Positions 62,201 through 64,000 of a stretch of DNA of 64,000 nt are shown here, piece by piece. Both the position numbers and the translations under genes were made by a program. This DNA comes from Vitrella brassicaformis CCMP3155 (Eukaryota > Protista > Chromerida): positions 105,126 through 169,125 of the forward strand of contig CDMY01000201.1 in NCBI GenBank assembly GCA_001179505.1. The letters are read 5' to 3'. A model generated the notes under the pieces. That model searched no databases and was not told where the DNA came from. It saw only the letters and a program-made list of their open reading frames with translations. The first letter of the stretch is position 1. Every line of letters starts with the position of its first letter.

Positions 62201-64000
62201 GCGCCGTCCTGTGCCGCTGCCGGGGCGGCGCCGTTGAGTGGCGATAGCTCGTCGGAGCTGGAGACGTTGACGAGGGACGAGCGCATCTTGTCCCACGAGT
62301 CGTGGAGGCGCCTGAAGTCCTCCTCGTCCCGCACCTGGCAGACGTCGAGTGCGAGTCGGAGGTCGGTCTCCTGCGCCATGGCCTCGACGGATGGGTACTT
62401 GGCCTCGAAGACGTCGAGGTACTGGAGGTAGCGCTTGGAGCCGCTGAAGGCGCTCTTGAGCCACTCCTCGACCGTCATGTCGTGGTAGTCGACCTCTGTC
62501 GATGAGGGCGCCTTGCCGCTGCCCTGCTCGTCCTTGGCCGCGTCGCCCGCCGCCGCCAGCCGCTCCCTGTCCACACCTGACACCTCCTCCACCTTGTCGA
62601 CATCACCCTTCTTGCCGATCTTGGTCGGCCGCCCGTGGGCAGTGTCGAGGATGAAGTCGGCAATCACTTCGATGGTCGGGTTCTCGAACACCAGTGTCTG
62701 CGGCAGCTTGACGCCCGTCACCTCCGCAACCGAGTTGCGGAACTCCACAGCCCCCAGTGAGTCGAGACCAAGGTCCATGAGTGGTGCGTCAGTCGGGGGC
62801 TTCTCAGCAGACCCCGACACCTGCTGCGCCAGCGAGCTCAGCAGACCCGACAGGTCCACTTTGCTGATGGCCTTGAGGTCGATCTTGCCACCGCCACTCT
62901 CGGCCGACGCTGCCATGGGGATCTCTGAGAAGAAGGCGGGCATGTCGCCATACCGCCGCAGGAAGGTGGCCCACTTGAGGCCCTGGCAGCCGACCACTGA
63001 CGGCCCGCGCATACCAGGCGCCAAAGATTGCTGCCGCATGACGTCCCCCATGACACGAAGACCGAGTTCGTTGGTGATGCCGCGCATGCCGACCTTGTCG
63101 AGATGCTGCTTGAGCTCGGCTGCCATGCCCTGTTCGATCCACGGTCCCCACTGGATGCTCTGACACGGCAGGCCCTGCGACTTGCGGTAGAGGGCGAGGG
63201 CGTCCAGACACGAGTTGGCCGCCGAGTAGTTGGACTGGCCGAAGTTGCCGAGCAGGGAGGCGACGGACGAGAACATCATGAAGTGGTCGAGAGGGATCTT
63301 CTTGCCGAGGGACAGCTCATGGAGGTACCATGCACCCATCACCTGCACACACACGACAGAGGAAAGGTATGAGTCAACAACCTCGTTGGGAACGATTCAT
63401 GTTCGGGTACCCACTAACCTTTGGCAAGTAGACCTTCTCCACCTTGTCTTTGGTCTGGTTGTTGAGGGCAGCGTCGTCAAGGACACCAGCTGCGTGGAAG
63501 ACTCCACGGACTGGGTTCTTGGGCAGCTTCTTCTTGAGGTCAGCGAACAGCTTCTCGCACTCGTCATTCTTGGACACGTCCACGGCCATGCAGTATATGG
63601 CCGCCTTGGAGCGGCCCTGAGGCTCGGGCGCCGTCAGCTTCGTCCACAGATCGGAGGCAGCAACGGCATCAGTCGGCTTTCCGCGCCTGGATAGCAGAGC
63701 GACATTTTTGGCTCCCTCCTCCACCAGCCAGTCTGCGACGAGGAGTCCGAGTCCGCCGAGCCCTCCGGTAATGACGTAGCATCCGTCAGTTTGGCGGTCG
63801 GCCGGTGTCGCCTCGTGGCGCTGTGCGTCGTCTGTGTGGGGCGGTGCGATGGCTGAGGGTATCTGTATGATGACCTTGCCGATGTGCTGCGCCCTCTGCA
63901 TAAACCTGAAGGCCGCGATGCCGCCGGTGACGTTGTCTGCGGTGCTCATGTCGAATGTGTGGAGGGGGATGGGTTTGATCTTGCCGCTGTCGACCAGGCC
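59265..64000 (-). CDS. 3' part of a giant type I modular PKS/FAS: ER(end)-KR-ACP-SAM-like-thioester reductase-sulfotransferase; 5' end beyond the window
   Basis: Long exons (~64000-63419, 63342-61768, 61674-61186, ~61100-61032, ~60960-60215, ~60140-59770, ~59705-end) join in phase. Domain motifs are listed in the sub-features. Confidence 0.95.
59300..60670 (-). other. PAPS-dependent sulfotransferase domain (bacterial/actinobacterial Sulfotransfer_3-like)
   Basis: HPDIERQQIRQPLVIVGLNRTGTTMLQRL (5'-PSB loop), WLLKMPFH, HTHR|DPKDAVASWCSL (3'-PB), FFDVHYDDLLGDPVGTVKKIYRHF. Confidence 0.9.
60950..62055 (-). other. Terminal thioester reductase (extended SDR, R domain)
   Basis: NVLLTGVTGFVG, VTCLVRA, LPGDFTKEDLG, LRATNTLALKGVLRLC, HASTLGIF, GYPWSKWAAE (YxxxK), GLPVCVYR. 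Confidence 0.92.
62284..62478 (-). other. Sterile-alpha-motif (SAM)-like helical insert
   Basis: MTVEEWLKSAFSGSKRYLQYLDVFEAKYPSVEAMAQETDLRLALDVCQVRDEEDFRRL resembles the SAM pattern VxxWLxs...qYxxxF......L..l....h..kI. Judged by eye only. Confidence 0.5.
62641..62860 (-). other. Acyl carrier protein domain
   Basis: PLMDLGLDSLGAVEFRN...LPQTLVFENPTI; the phosphopantetheine Ser codon is at 62758-62760. Confidence 0.95.
62950..63790 (-). other. Ketoreductase domain, B-type (LDD)
   Basis: YVITGGLGGLG, ALLSRRG, VFHAAGVLDDA, PK|VMGAWYLH, FSSVASLLGNFGQSNYSAAN (catalytic Tyr), SIQWGPW. Confidence 0.95.

Noticed and set aside
1-64000. Hundreds of overlapping ORFs in the six-frame track (HTHTHT, CVCVCV, MDGWMDG, RERERE peptides)
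   Set aside because: They are translations of intronic microsatellites or antisense shadows of GC-rich exons. Real genes emerge only after splicing.
59265-64000. PKS as bacterial contamination or a chimeric assembly
   Set aside because: It is interrupted by in-phase GT-AG introns with the same CA/TG style as neighbouring host genes.
1-64000. tRNA, rRNA or snRNA genes
   Set aside because: No cloverleaf, A/B-box or rRNA-like conserved sequence was recognised by eye. A tRNAscan-SE/Infernal run would be needed to exclude them.

Overview
This is eukaryotic, intron-dense, GC-rich genomic DNA with microsatellite-filled introns. The gene content (plastid-type bipartite leader on MnmE, mitochondrial uL22 with a long extension, apicomplexan-style type I FAS/PKS) and intron style suggest a chromerid alveolate such as Vitrella brassicaformis; this is inference. 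About 21 spliced protein genes were assembled by hand from GT-AG boundaries: PP2A B56, two J-domain proteins, a tandem-RRM protein, a multi-zinc-ribbon protein, a GLTSCR1-domain protein, a membrane RING protein, MOCS3/UBA4, MnmE, uL22m, a myosin, RCHY1, LIS1, AAGAB/p34, several unknowns, and the 3' end of a giant type I PKS/FAS. There is one 300-N assembly gap. No rRNA, tRNA, CRISPR array or transposon was recognised. Main leads: (1) a megasynthase terminus ER-KR-ACP-SAM-like-thioester reductase-sulfotransferase, suggesting reductive release followed by sulfation; (2) a gene fusing two LOTUS-like wHTH domains to a catalytically degenerate 2'-5' OAS-fold nucleotidyltransferase; (3) introns with 5' (CA)n and 3' (TG)n polarity that could fold to pair splice sites; (4) head-to-head gene pairs whose short shared promoters recurrently carry TGCGAGCT. 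Gene models are manual and the ends of unknown genes are approximate.
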